A stretch of 63,239 nt of DNA, counting the filler, from Saprolegnia diclina VS20 (lineage: Eukaryota), in NCBI RefSeq assembly GCF_000281045.1. It is 8 parts of 2 records of this genome, joined end to end, with 100 filler letters (N's around TTAATTAATTAA, not from the genome) between each part and the next. Parts side by side here need not be neighbours in the genome. Positions count along the whole stretch, not along the records: positions 45,750 to 56,063 come from NW_008246086.1; positions 56,164 to 57,302 come from NW_008246086.1; positions 57,403 to 60,074 come from NW_008246087.1; 5 more parts are not named here. One strand, written 5' to 3'. How positions within the stretch are numbered: position 1 is the first letter of the stretch; each line of letters opens with the position of its first letter. The translations under genes were made by a program, and so were the position numbers. Under the pieces are notes generated by a model, which was given only the letters and a program-made list of their open reading frames with translations, was not told the DNA's origin and ran no database searches. Positions 46,841 through 58,252 of the stretch are shown here, piece after piece.

Positions 46841-48661
46841 ATGTTCACCGACGTGGCGGCGTACGTCAAGAGAAAGGACGACCATGTCAAGTTCCTCGTC
46901 GACGAGTGGTTTGGAGCTGTGGTGGAGGCCAAAGCTGGTCTCAAAGAGCGGCCGCCGGCGACGGCCCATGGCCTGTATGGGCTCGTCCTCGCCTTGGCAT
47001 GCGACAAGGACCTTGCCCTCGCGATGGCGGGCAGCGACTTGCACGATGGGATGAAGAGCACGTGGGCGGCTCTACACTGTGCCAACCTTCTCGCGGCCAA
47101 GTCGGCCCGTGTCGCGGCAGCCACGGGCTTCGCGAACCTTGTCTTACGGACGGACGAGGACGAGGTGCGCGTCGCGGCCATCTGCCCACGGAACGCTGTC
47201 CTGTCGTCGCCCAAGCTTTGCTTTATCGGCGGCGATGATATCCCTGGGCTTCGTCTCGCTGTCGTGCTCTCTAACGTGGCCTTGACGCTGGTCCCGGCCC
47301 CGGTCGTGGACCCGGACGATGCTGCCGCGGGGTCGAACGGCGCCGCGCCTGTCGGGAACAACGACACACCCAAGGCGGCTGCGCATTACCTGGTCGTCGA
47401 TGCACCGATTGTCATCGCCGCTCTAAACAAGGCGGCCGCCCTCGGTGTTGTCGTCGACCTGCCTGCCAAGATGCAGGAAGTCTTCGCCAAGTCGAAGACG
47501 GCCGTGCTCGCCGATGTGGACCTGTCGGCCAACACGTCGTGGCTGCGCCACAACTTTGTGGCGCATGCGCCACTGCGCGAGAGCGCGCCGGCGCTGTCCA
47601 AGGCGGAGCTTCGGGGCGCTCCGGCGCCAGTCCGCGGGCCAAGCGACAAGTCAGCTGAGCCCCAGCTGCCAACCCGCAACCGTCCGGCTGACAAGAACCG
47701 CTCGGTAGCATCCTCAGCGCCGGAGCCAATCCCAAGCCCAAGCGCACCCACGACAGAGAAGGACGCAGCAGTCCCGGCGACGGCCGCGAACGACAAGGAC
47801 GCTTTGGTCGTCGCGCACGCCCAGCACAAGACGCTGTTGGCTCAGCAAGCCCAACAGGAGCAAGCGGCCGACGAGGCCCGGCGGCTGCACACGAGCCAAG
47901 TCGCAGCTCTTGACGCGCGCTGCAAGGCCGCAGAGGCAGGACGCATGGCGGCGGAGGCGCGCTCGCACATGCTTGAAATCGAGCTCGCCAAGGCGCAGAC
48001 AACCGCCGCCGTCGGCGCCGTCCAGAACGCCGGCCTCCAAGAGGCGCTCGGCGTGGCTAGCGACCGCCTCGCCAGTCTCCAGCTGCACAACACGTGGCTG
48101 GCAGCACAGCTGAACGCGGCTGCTCAAGGCGCGCCTGCATATTGGTCCGCGCCACCTCAAGGCGCGCCTGCATATTGGTCCGCGCCACCTCGAGGCGCGC
48201 CGGCACATTGGTCTGCGCTACCTCAAGGCGCGCCGGACGTGGACATGTCGGCCGTGGACATGGAGGAAGGCTTCTATGACGACGCGGCACCGGCACCGTC
48301 GCCCTCTGGCCAACCTGCGCCGCCGCAAGCCGTACGCCCATCTGCCACCCTCGGCAGACGATTCATCATCGCGTTTCTGTATAGGACACGACGCCCGCGC
48401 GCACCAAGGGCAGCCTCAACGAGACGCTCTTCGGTCTTTTGAACGAGATGCCAGCGGCCAAGGCGCGAAGCAAGGCGACTCCTGCCCCACAGCCGGCTAC
48501 GGTATGCAGACTTTATCTACCTCCACGTTTCTACTTATATATCGCAGGGCACCAACCCGTTTGCCCCGTCCCCAGCTCGCAAGCGCTCAAGTACCGTGCC
48601 TCGCAAGCGCCCCGCCGGACCTGCCATGCACGCCCCGGCCAAGAAGGTCAACCAGGCGTAG
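46841..48661 (+). CDS. Hypothetical ~573-aa protein (coiled coil, 11-aa repeats, C-terminal NLS-like motif), 3 exons
   Basis: Long ORF from 46841; phase-0 GT-AG introns at 48332-48384 and 48502-48547 give a last exon GTNPFAPSPARKRSSTVPRKRPAGPAMHAPAKKVNQA*; INR-like CCATTTTCATTCC upstream. Confidence 0.7.
48125..48235 (+). repeat. 33-bp coding tandem repeat, ~3.4 copies (QGAPAYWSAPP)
   Basis: CAAGGCGCGCCTGCATATTGGTCCGCGCCACCT units start at 48125, 48158, 48191, with a partial unit at 48224. Confidence 0.92.
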
Positions 48662-49225
48662 CGCTTCCAAACGTAGCATAATACATAGCCCCTGAGCATG
48701 AAAAGACTCTGGTTTCATGTCGACCTACAGCGACTTTCGGCATCCGCAGCGCTTTGGACGCGCCTCCTACGACAAGCAGCATCGCCTTGCGACACGTACT
48801 GTCGCCGCGCGTCGGCGTCGAAGTACATGGCGTCATGGCAACGACGAGCATCGGTCCGAGGGTGCATCGACTGGAAGTGCAGATGTAGCAGCGCGCAGAG
48901 TGCTTGACACGACGTCGCACTCGTTCGATCCAGATTTGAAGCGCGACCAGCGTCGTGGGCCATCATGACCTCAGGCTTGGGCGAGCAGCGGGGCGAGGTC
49001 CGTTGACAAGCAGGCGCGCCGGAGAAGCGCATCGCCAGAGAAGACGCGCACGAGACCAGTCTTGCTGCTGTAACAAAGCTTGATCGTGTGGGGCTTCTTG
49101 ACGACCGTCTTGGCCTTGACGTCCGTGGCCGACGCCGAGAGGCTACATCTAGAAAGTGCTTTCGACTTGAAGCCGCGAGGAGCGGCGACTTGACCATGGC
49201 AGGCGCGATCGCATCTTCGACGACA

Positions 49226-49326
49226 CGCGCGGGCGACAGCGCGTGCCGTGCCGCTTGAACAACGAGGCCTTGCGACAGAGTCGTCGACGTCGACGGGCGC
49301 CGAGCTGGCGCGTGCCCAAGTAGGTA
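49226..49326. repeat. Right arm of a long inverted repeat (partner 46431-46531)
   Basis: Reverse complement aligns to 46431-46531 with 5 mismatches in 101 bp. Confidence 0.9.
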
Positions 49327-51072
49327 TCGTCAACGGCGTCCAGGCGGCAAGCGCTCGTGGTCGCTTGGATCGTCGTCGTCGAGCTCGGGCTCGTCATGTC
49401 TTCTGCAGCCGTGCGAATCGCCCGTGATCCAAGCCTATTCACTATTAGAGGTAACCTCTCGAAGCCTATATCGCAAAACATCAGGTGCGTGAAGCTCCTG
49501 CTGGCGTAGCCAGGCAAGCTGCGGCCTCCCGCGCGCCATGGCTGTGGCATAGTGTTGTTGCTGTCTCATGTTTTTCCACGCAGGACGATCATTTACATTA
49601 GCGGCTGTCGAGTTGGCTGGGCTGACCAATGCATCGCCATCGTCGAGCAACCAAAGGTCTTTGTACTGTGCGTAGCTAGCATCACTTCGTTCGCCGTGCT
49701 TGAAAGGTCGTGCAGCGCCAAGGACCTAGCGCATCGTGGTTCGTTGGCGCCTACTGGAACATTCGGCCCATGCTTTCGCTGTCTCCAGCACATCCACATT
49801 CATCAACCATGATCACCAACCCACAAATCCTGAGCTTCAAGTCGGTAAGGAACTTGGTGCGCGCGCGCTTGAGCGTCACAAGTCGCCCGATGTCCAACAG
49901 TGTCCAGCCTACGAGCGTGCGGTACACGCGGCGGTTCAAGTTCGCCTGTGCCCTTGGCGAGTATCTTCTTGCGTGATGACGCGCCAAGTATCGGAGCGAT
50001 CTGCTTGGCACTTCCGCGCTCACCTTCCTCCTGTGCTTCTGAGATGAATGGCTCATTCTAAGACGCTCGTTGCTGCCATGTCCTTGCGATATCGACAAGC
50101 ATCGAGGCGCCGACATGGCCTGTCACTCATGGACCATCGACCTTGAAGTAGCTGGTACGTGGCCGCATGCGATGCAAGAGGACTATACACGCTGTGATAT
50201 ATTGAGCGGCGACCCGTTCTGTCTCAGCCGAGAGAACTCGGAACCGATATTTGATGCATCTTTGACTGCCAACCTTGCACGTTTGACTTGACACATCAGT
50301 CGTACTTTGAGCTCCATCGGCGCGGGTAAGGATACGACACAGAGAACGCTAACGGTATTCTACAGCCGACCGCACTCGCATTGCATTGTCTGTCGAGGAA
50401 GGTTTCGATCTCGACCTCCTTCGATCATGAATACAGAAGGAAACACACGGAGCTCCCAACTCGACCCGCTGGACGACCAGCTATGCGTTGTTTGAAGAGC
50501 TCGCGGCGGCTTCGTGGAGCATTCTTCAGCGGCGTTGGCAGCCGCTTCCTCTTCCCAGCGCTCGTCGATACGTGCTGCGCTACACAGCGACATGCCGCCA
50601 TGGTGCAGAGCTGAAATCAAATCACTTTCCTTTCCCACAAAATAATCCCCCCCCGAGCAAGTACAAAGAATCCATTGTAGATGATGGAGTTTCGTGATCT
50701 TCCACATGGCGGCGATCATTCGCATAAGGTTTCAGGTCGCGTCATCGGATGACGTGATACGCTGACTTGTCTGTCACATGCAGAGACAATGCCTGGTACT
50801 GTTACAATAGACCTTTGGCGGACATAGGTGTAGATGGCCGCAAACCTGGTTGTCAAGTTCTTCCAGTCAGGAGCCGCCGCGAGAACTCTATTCCACAGCA
50901 AGCATCAAGAATCGTATTCACTAACAGTTAATCCAAGCCAATGTTCACAACAACACCACCCACTGCAGAAGCGTCCATCGCGTTCACCAACAGTCGTCGC
51001 TGACCACATCGCTTTTGCATTTTTACGCTCTCAAGATGTCGGTGTTGGAGAACGGCAGTGGTCCAACCCCAG

Positions 51073-51397
51073 NNNNNNNNNNNNNNNNNNNNNNNNNNNN
51101 NNNNNNNNNNNNNNNNNNNNNNNNNNNNNNNNNNNNNNNNNNNNNNNNNNNNNNNNNNNNNNNNNNNNNNNNNNNNNNNNNNNNNNNNNNNNNNNNNNNN
51201 NNNNNNNNNNNNNNNNNNNNNNNNNNNNNNNNNNNNNNNNNNNNNNNNNNNNNNNNNNNNNNNNNNNNNNNNNNNNNNNNNNNNNNNNNNNNNNNNNNNN
51301 NNNNNNNNNNNNNNNNNNNNNNNNNNNNNNNNNNNNNNNNNNNNNNNNNNNNNNNNNNNNNNNNNNNNNNNNNNNNNNNNNNNNNNNNNNNNNNNNN
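51073..51397. other. Scaffold gap (325 N)
   Basis: Run of Ns without the linker sequence. Confidence 0.98.
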
Positions 51398-51739
51398 TGT
51401 TAGACCGCAGAGATAGAGGTTCACCTTGGGATGTACAGAATGTACAACATGCAGAGTAATAGGGCTCAGTCCAGAGCGAATTCAGAGATGAGTGAGCACG
51501 AGGGCTGCAGTTCTTCTGATGTCCAGTCGTCACAGCCACTAGTATCCGGATCCAGGATCCGGATTGATTGGTAACACAAGAACATTCACCAGTGTTCTTG
51601 TGAGGCCTTTACTTGTCTTGTCGTACGTGCTTGGTATCACTAGCCAATGCACACCTTGACCTGCGTATTATGTACATGTTGTCCAGAGAGCAACAGTACA
51701 ATAGCAGCCTCCTGATATATGCCATTCTTATATCTAACA
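51398..51739 (-). repeat. LTR (342 bp) with TGTTAGA...TCTAACA termini, preceded by a polypurine tract
   Basis: 7-bp terminal inverted repeats; on the minus strand TGAGTGGGAG (51740-51749) directly abuts TGTTAGA. Confidence 0.8.
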
Positions 51740-54700
51740 CTCCCACTCAGTGGTTAGGTGATACCAGATAACATACGTCCTGTTCCTGATGTTCATCTCG
51801 CGTCGTAGCCGTCCATCATGTGGCTCGTGCGGACCGTGACTTGTTTTAAACAGTTGGTTTGTAGCCAACACCCGTGTTTAATACAGCACTCGTTCTCCTT
51901 TGAAGACTTGTTGCACATCCGTGCATCCTTTGAAGAGATCCTGAATCCAGTGCTCCGCAATGAAGTGAACTCCATCTTCATGCAGCCATTCAGTCACTTA
52001 ATAACGATCGTTTCTTCAGTTCGCGAAACCTGGAACCATGAGTTGCACAAACTAGTATAGAACTTAGTTCGTAGCAAACTCGCAATTCACTGGGTTTCAA
52101 GTAACCCCATATACGATCCATTCCCTTTGACGAATGACACTTTGAGTTGTCCTGAGAGATCAAACCTGATCCTTTGACAGCTAGTACTCGTGCCTTTCCA
52201 ATGCACATTCCAGGGATACTAGCCAGGTGAGACCCTTGTTGTTCTTGCGAACATAAACTCCCACTGCTCGTGAGCTCGCAGCAATCCTGTGACTGCAATG
52301 CTTTCCTGTATGACTTGTGTCCGTTCTTTGCTCGACAAAGAACATACTCGTTCCCTAATCCTGATATATCTAGTGCCAGTCCCCTTTCGGTCATGTGACT
52401 CCCACTGCTCATGATGTCTCAATCGAGAATCCGTCGTAGGTTCCAACCTTTTAGACTTTCCTGTCTCCTGTCCTGATGACATAGCTCCCGCTAGAGGTCA
52501 TGCTTGTCATAGCTTTCATTCATGTACCAGCCTGAAACATCTTTGCTGGGTTTCCGCATTCTCGTAGCACTATGGCTTGTAGCTCATCGTGTAGCTAAAA
52601 TAGCTAGTCTCGAAGACATGTTGCTTTCCAGGCAACATGAGCTCACACAGCATAAACTGCGCTTCCTGGTAGATCTTGTAGAGTCGTCATGTTCTCGTAG
52701 CCGTAGAACATTCCTTGAGCAGACAGTTCATGTCTCGATCATCTTCCTGGCAGACAACTGCGTCTTAAGATAAGATCGTAGGATGGACAACCATGTCCAT
52801 CGTCCTGGGTTTCTTGTCATCCTTACTCATCCTCCCACCTTTTTGACGGTAACGACCAAGTCAGTGTTGGCGCCAAAAATCACCAGAAGTTGGAGGCTTG
52901 AAAGCGCAAGGCATCCTCGCAGCAGCACTATCATCCTGGATAGGCAGCACTTGTTGGAGACTGTATTACAAGAAATAGTGTAAACAGTTCCATTGCATCA
53001 ACGCTTATAACATGAAGACGTGATTTCCTTGTACTGGACTTCGTAGTACACCAGTAGACAGCAGTGTGCCTAGTCCTGTTGAAGTTCACAATAGCCTATC
53101 CATTAAAGGCCGAGAGGGCTCCTGAATCATGAAGGATATATTCCCCTTTCCTGTCGATGCATCGCTGTCGATATCATCGTGTCCGACCTGGACCGTGTGA
53201 TGGTAGTGGGTTCAGTGATCGAGGGTTGGCGCGCGCCCTGTAGCCTGTAACCTGTTCCTGAGTTCAAAACTCCTCGTCGACCGCACTAGTCTGTGTTTCC
53301 TTGTAGTGTTCAAGACCATAGAATATATTGATGCGTCCATCTCAATTCGAGGTTCCTTAATCACTAGCTCTCGTGCCTTGGAGTAGCTCCACATCATGTT
53401 GGAGTACGGGGGGAGCTAGATACTAGCAGAAGAGCCTAATAGCACCTTGTGTGTCCCCGCCGCTCGTCAGATACTGTGTCCTGCTGACGAAGTACTTGTA
53501 GTCTCGCGTTGACTAATGCATGTTCCTTTTCCTGGCAACTCATCCTTGCATGTAAGAGTTGTACAGGTCCTGTAGTGGAGAGTAAACCTCGACTCCCACC
53601 ATCACTGTACTGGGTACTAGTAGTCTTGATACACCATCAACTAGTCTGTCATTCTCACTTCCTCGATTCGCCACCGCCCGGTGCCTCGTAGGTGCACGGT
53701 ATGGGAAGTAGACTTTCCAGAAATCGTTGGATTGAAAGTCCAGTTAAAGAAGCTAGACTAGACTTGTCCTGTGGTTGATGTCTTCTTGTGTGCGCGATAA
53801 GACGAGCTGAGTCGTCTCCCACCGCTCCCGTAAATTCCCAGTCGATCCTGTCCTTGGGATCCTTGGTCTTTGTATGGGCTTGACGACAGTCACTATGGTC
53901 GCAATCCAAATAGGCGCATGTGCATACAGACATAGTCGAGATAGACACTTTGTACTTGAGTATAGATACACATAACTCGTACTCCTGTTGCCGCACTGCA
54001 CATCCTGTTGGTCCTGAAGACACCTCATGTGTGCTCGCTAGAGCCATGTAGAGCTTCCGCAATTGTCTTCGCAGAGCTTGCTAGAAGGTTGGGATAGAAG
54101 GCCACACGACTGCATTCCTGCATCGCTGGCTATCACCAACTCCCACCGACTCGGTAGTCAGTTCAACTTCCGTCGCACCCACCGCGGTCAAAGCGCGTAG
54201 ATGAATTGGCTTCCTCGGATCCCACCGTGGCCGAGGACTCCGAGTCGCAAGGTCACATCCGTTGGTACTGTGTGAGGAAGGTCTTGATATCCTGAGAAGC
54301 ATCTAGTACCGCATACAGTTGTACGGTTCTGCTGGAAGAGACTTGTCCACACAAAAGAGCACGATTATACGTTTCGCGTTAGTGTCCTTTGTGATAATCA
54401 TGCCGTCATGCATGATTTGACCAGTACATGAGTCCGTGAATCCGTGTGCGATATATCCATATCGTTGCTCGTGTACATAATCCATTGTACTGTATCTGAC
54501 AAATCTGCCACAACTAGTGCAAATGTCTATCAGTGCCTGTCTCCTGCAACGTCATTGTGTACACAAGTCTAGCACAATACGTCATGTTGACAATATTTCT
54601 TGAAATGTCCTTTCAAACTTGTCCTTGAAGGTATTGTAGCCTCTTTCCAGCACTATCAATCACCGCGTCGTGTCCTGCATCGCACTCACAACTCATGTCG

Positions 54701-55300
54701 AGCTCGACTGATGGAGTGCGCAACCTACGCTGATGGCTAAAGGCCCACGCCGACACAGCGCTAGCTTTCACCATCTTCCACCGGCTCAAAAGTCCGTGAG
54801 ATACGATTGTCAAGCAAAGTACCAGTTTGCTTTCCACAATGTCCTTTCACACTCATGGTAGTAGACAATAGTGTACTTGTTGTCTTTCTTCATGAGCTCT
54901 CGCTTGGACATATCAGCTAGCATACAATGTACACCTCCATCACAAGTTGTTGGAGTTTCCGTAGCATTGGTCTCGTGCGATATTCCATCACAGCAAGCGC
55001 GTAACTTTCATTACAGTTCTTATTGCCTATACCAGCATCTTGTAGCAGACTGTAATGAAGGTCCTTTCCCGTTTTCTCGTATGATATTGTCCAGTAGGTC
55101 CTTTTGCGATAGTCCAACTTCCGTATGAAGTGTTTGCCCGTACTATCAATCTAGTATCGACCCTTGTCTCTCATGGGTCGTAGAAGCGATCACGTTGTCT
55201 CGAAAGAGAGCATCGCGCTAGAGACAAATGACAAAGTCGATATACATATCACTGTATTCACGAGTGTTTATGTAGTTCATGTAGTTCATGTAGATCACGT
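51398..55300 (-). mobile_element. Degenerate Ty1/copia LTR retrotransposon (3' LTR, PPT, decayed pol)
   Basis: Minus-strand remnants in copia order: protease-like AVIDSA (~54650), GAG-pre-integrase-like HEQRYGYI (~54460), integrase-like RFDRGG (~54185), SH3-like CAYL...KDPK (~53870), RT-like MDRIWGYLK (~52110). Many stops; lower GC than neighbouring genes. The 5' boundary is approximate. Confidence 0.7.
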
Positions 55301-55325
55301 GTATACCAAGGCACTGACACGCCGC

Positions 55326-55472
55326 CGTAGCGTGGTAGCTGGCCGTTGGTTCCAGAACCCGTCGATCCATGACGCTCGGCTCGATGCCAGTCCAACCCCA
55401 GAGCTTGCGTAGCGTGGTAGCTGGCCGTTGGTTCCAGAACCCGTCGATCCATGACGCTCGGCTCGATGCCAG
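55326..55472. repeat. Exact 65-bp direct repeat, two copies, 82-bp period
   Basis: 55326-55390 is identical to 55408-55472. Confidence 0.9.
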
Positions 55473-56163
55473 AGCCGTCAGGTCTTGGTAATCTGTCATG
55501 AGTTGCCCGTGACGCATGACGCTATCGCTCGGTTCATCCGATACCAGAGACGATAGGTCTTCGTACTTGGGTACACCGTCGATCCTCGGATTTGGTCACG
55601 GTTAGCTTCCTTTTCGGTACGCATGCGCGTCCAGGTAAGCGTTCCGATTCCGCGTCGTCGGTCGAGGTCCTGGCCCGCTTGTCGCGTCCTTGGGTCATGC
55701 CCTTGTCGATGCAAGTCTCGATCTTGGCCTTGTCGCGGCCGACGCCGTTGGTCGTCCTGGCCCGCGTCCTTGCCTGTGGCCTTGTGGCTCGTCGCCATGT
55801 TGCGCTTGGTCGTGTCGCGGCTGACGCCACTGGTCGGTCGTCACGGCCCGCGTACTTGTCCATGGTCTTGTCGAGGCCCGCGCAGTCGCCGGCGCTCCTG
55901 ACCTGGGCGCGCTGGACGCCGTCGGTCGTCGAGGCTCACGCTCTTGCCCGTCTGGAGGCTCGTGGCCATCGCGCGTGTCCTTGGCCTTGTCCGTGGTCGT
56001 GGTCTTGTCCATGGTCTCGTTGAGGTCCACGTGCTTGTCCTTGTCCTTGTGCATCTTGAGCTGNNNNNNNNNNNNNNNNNNNNNNNNNNNNNNNNNNNNN
56101 NNNNNNNTTAATTAATTAANNNNNNNNNNNNNNNNNNNNNNNNNNNNNNNNNNNNNNNNNNNN

Positions 56164-56470
56164 GACGGCCTTGCGGATGCAGTTGAGCAGCACGATCGGG
56201 CGGAGGCTCGAGCACACGCCTTGCGGCTTGTTGGGCTTGGGCAGGCAGATCAGCGTCCATTCGCCGAGCTGGATAGGCCGTCCTGTAGTTAGACCTTCGT
56301 CGAGCAGTTGGGCGAGCGGCATGGCGACGAGGTCGACAACGGCCTTGAGGATTTCGGCCGGCATGTTGTCGGTGCCGCAGGCACGGTTTTGTTGTGGAGC
56401 GTCTTTATGGCGGCGTGAAGTTCTTCGGGTGTGATGAGCTGGTCGAGCTGGCGAACTGGGCCTGTGGACA
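56164..56470 (-). mobile_element. Non-LTR (LINE) reverse transcriptase N-terminal fragment, frameshifted, cut by contig join
   Basis: ITPEELHAAIKTL / ACGTDNMPAEILK...LICLPKPNK...CSSLRPIVLLNCIRK is the classic pre-RT motif set of LINE ORF2. Confidence 0.85.
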
Positions 56471-57406
56471 CTAGTCCTGATTGGACGATTCTTGAGCAAA
56501 ATTCGGGCTTCGTTTCTTGGCCACATTCAGGAAAAGCGTGCGCATTCGACGACACAAGAATGTGTACTGGGACGCGTAATAGATTGGTCGTTTAGTAACC
56601 AGCATTTTCTTCCCCGATTTTCGATTCGCCCTCGATTGGCCATTTCATTTTGAGCAAATGACGTGGTGCAATGTCTAGTAGTCGTGACAGCACGCACTGA
56701 CATACGCTGCACGCGGACACGTCAGATTCATATAAAGGCGCACGGGCTCGTGTGATGGCACAGTCGATCCCCACCTCACCTCGTCGTCACACCCCGCATG
56801 CAATAGCAAGCCATATCATGTTTCGAAATGTCGAATCGCGTCCATGGTTCGACACGCAACTGTAAAATGACCGGCGCACGTCACAGAAGTCTTTGCACTG
56901 GTGACGTGTCCCAAGTGCGGAATCTACGAGTTGAGAGGCTAGATGCAGAATTCTGCGATCGTGAGTCAGCCGCCCGTTCTCGTCGGCGAAATGATGGTCA
57001 GGTGATGCCGGCGAAATATTGTCGTTCTTTGGTTGAAGTTCGGGTTGTATTGTTGACAGTGACATTCACTGGAATTTGAGGCTTTATGGAGAAGCGTACA
57101 TTCTGGTGCCGCAAGCTTGGTGCTATTAATAACGTTAGTGCTGGTACCGGTGTATGTAGATGACGCAGGCTGTTTAAATGATGTCTATAGTCATACTGTC
57201 AATCGAATGACGTCAGGATATGAAGTTGGGTTTACAGTTCTCATACGAACTAACGCTGCGTGTCAAGACTTCAATTAACCGTGCCGTCAAGTCGACAAAG
57301 ATNNNNNNNNNNNNNNNNNNNNNNNNNNNNNNNNNNNNNNNNNNNNTTAATTAATTAANNNNNNNNNNNNNNNNNNNNNNNNNNNNNNNNNNNNNNNNNN
57401 NNCGTC

Positions 57407-58252
57407 ATGGAAGGCGCCGTCACGCGCGAAGGCCTCGAGGCCGCCGCCACCCTCTTTCAGGCGCAGGTCAACGACGCGCCACGCATGCTCGTAGCGCGCA
57501 ACGTGCCGTTGGTCGAATGGCTTGCCGACGACTACGACAGTCGTCTCTGCGGCGCCATCTTGTCGGTCACGTACGAAGGCGAGGCCGACGACGTGTCGAC
57601 GCTCGCGTCGATCTACATTGTCCGCGCCATCACGCGGCCGCCATATAGCACGACTTTCGAGATGGCCCAGAGCCGTCCGATCATTGCGAACGGCGAGGTG
57701 CGCATCGCCGACTCGCAGATGGCGTGCGTAGACGCCAACGGCGCCATGCTCCCGCCGATCATGGTCATTGAGCTCGAGGTCGTGAACCGAAGCATCTCGA
57801 CCATCGTGGCCTGGATGCAGGGCTACTTTGACATGCTTGCGGGGCTGCGCGTGGCGCTGGCCTTCAAGTACTTTCTCAACGAGGACGCAGAAGACCCCCA
57901 GCGCTTTAGCGCAGTCGTGCTCCAGTACGGTCGCAACGCGACGGGCCACGTGGTGCTGCAGTTTGCAGCCAGCTTTGGCTCGGTTTCGTTGAGCCTGGAC
58001 GAGAAGGCGACGATCGACGACGACATTTTGGCCACGATGAAGGTCTTTGACGACGATATTGCAAGCGAGCTGGCACTGGGCCACACGAAATGGGCCCATC
58101 CGACGGTGCCGTGCCCGACCCTCCAACTGTCGGTCGAGGACCTCTGGCCCGGGCCTGACCGGGAGTTATATGTCACTCCCGGCACCGAGAACATTTCCAT
58201 GGACCTTTACGCCATGATGCTAGCGATTCGCGATTCGACGGCGGAAGAGTAG
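57407..58252 (+). CDS. Putative Uma2-like PD-(D/E)xK nuclease-fold protein (possibly Crinkler-type C-terminal domain; N-terminus may be missing)
   Basis: 281-aa coding-biased ORF; RIADSQ...PIMVIELEVVNRS...GYF...VALAFK resembles the xPD...P.hVhEh core. Begins 4 nt after a contig join. Confidence 0.55.
   Translation: MEGAVTREGLEAAATLFQAQVNDAPRMLVARNVPLVEWLADDYDSRLCGAILSVTYEGEADDVSTLASIYIVRAITRPPYSTTFEMAQSRPIIANGEVRIADSQMACVDANGAMLPPIMVIELEVVNRSISTIVAWMQGYFDMLAGLRVALAFKYFLNEDAEDPQRFSAVVLQYGRNATGHVVLQFAASFGSVSLSLDEKATIDDDILATMKVFDDDIASELALGHTKWAHPTVPCPTLQLSVEDLWPGPDRELYVTPGTENISMDLYAMMLAIRDSTAEE

Noticed and set aside
55326..55472. Repeat-spacer-repeat as a CRISPR array
   Set aside because: Only two units, a 65-bp repeat with a 17-bp spacer, eukaryotic context and no cas genes.
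55534..55546. TGGTATCGG on the minus strand as the copia primer-binding site
   Set aside because: It is not preceded by a copy of the LTR ending in CA.
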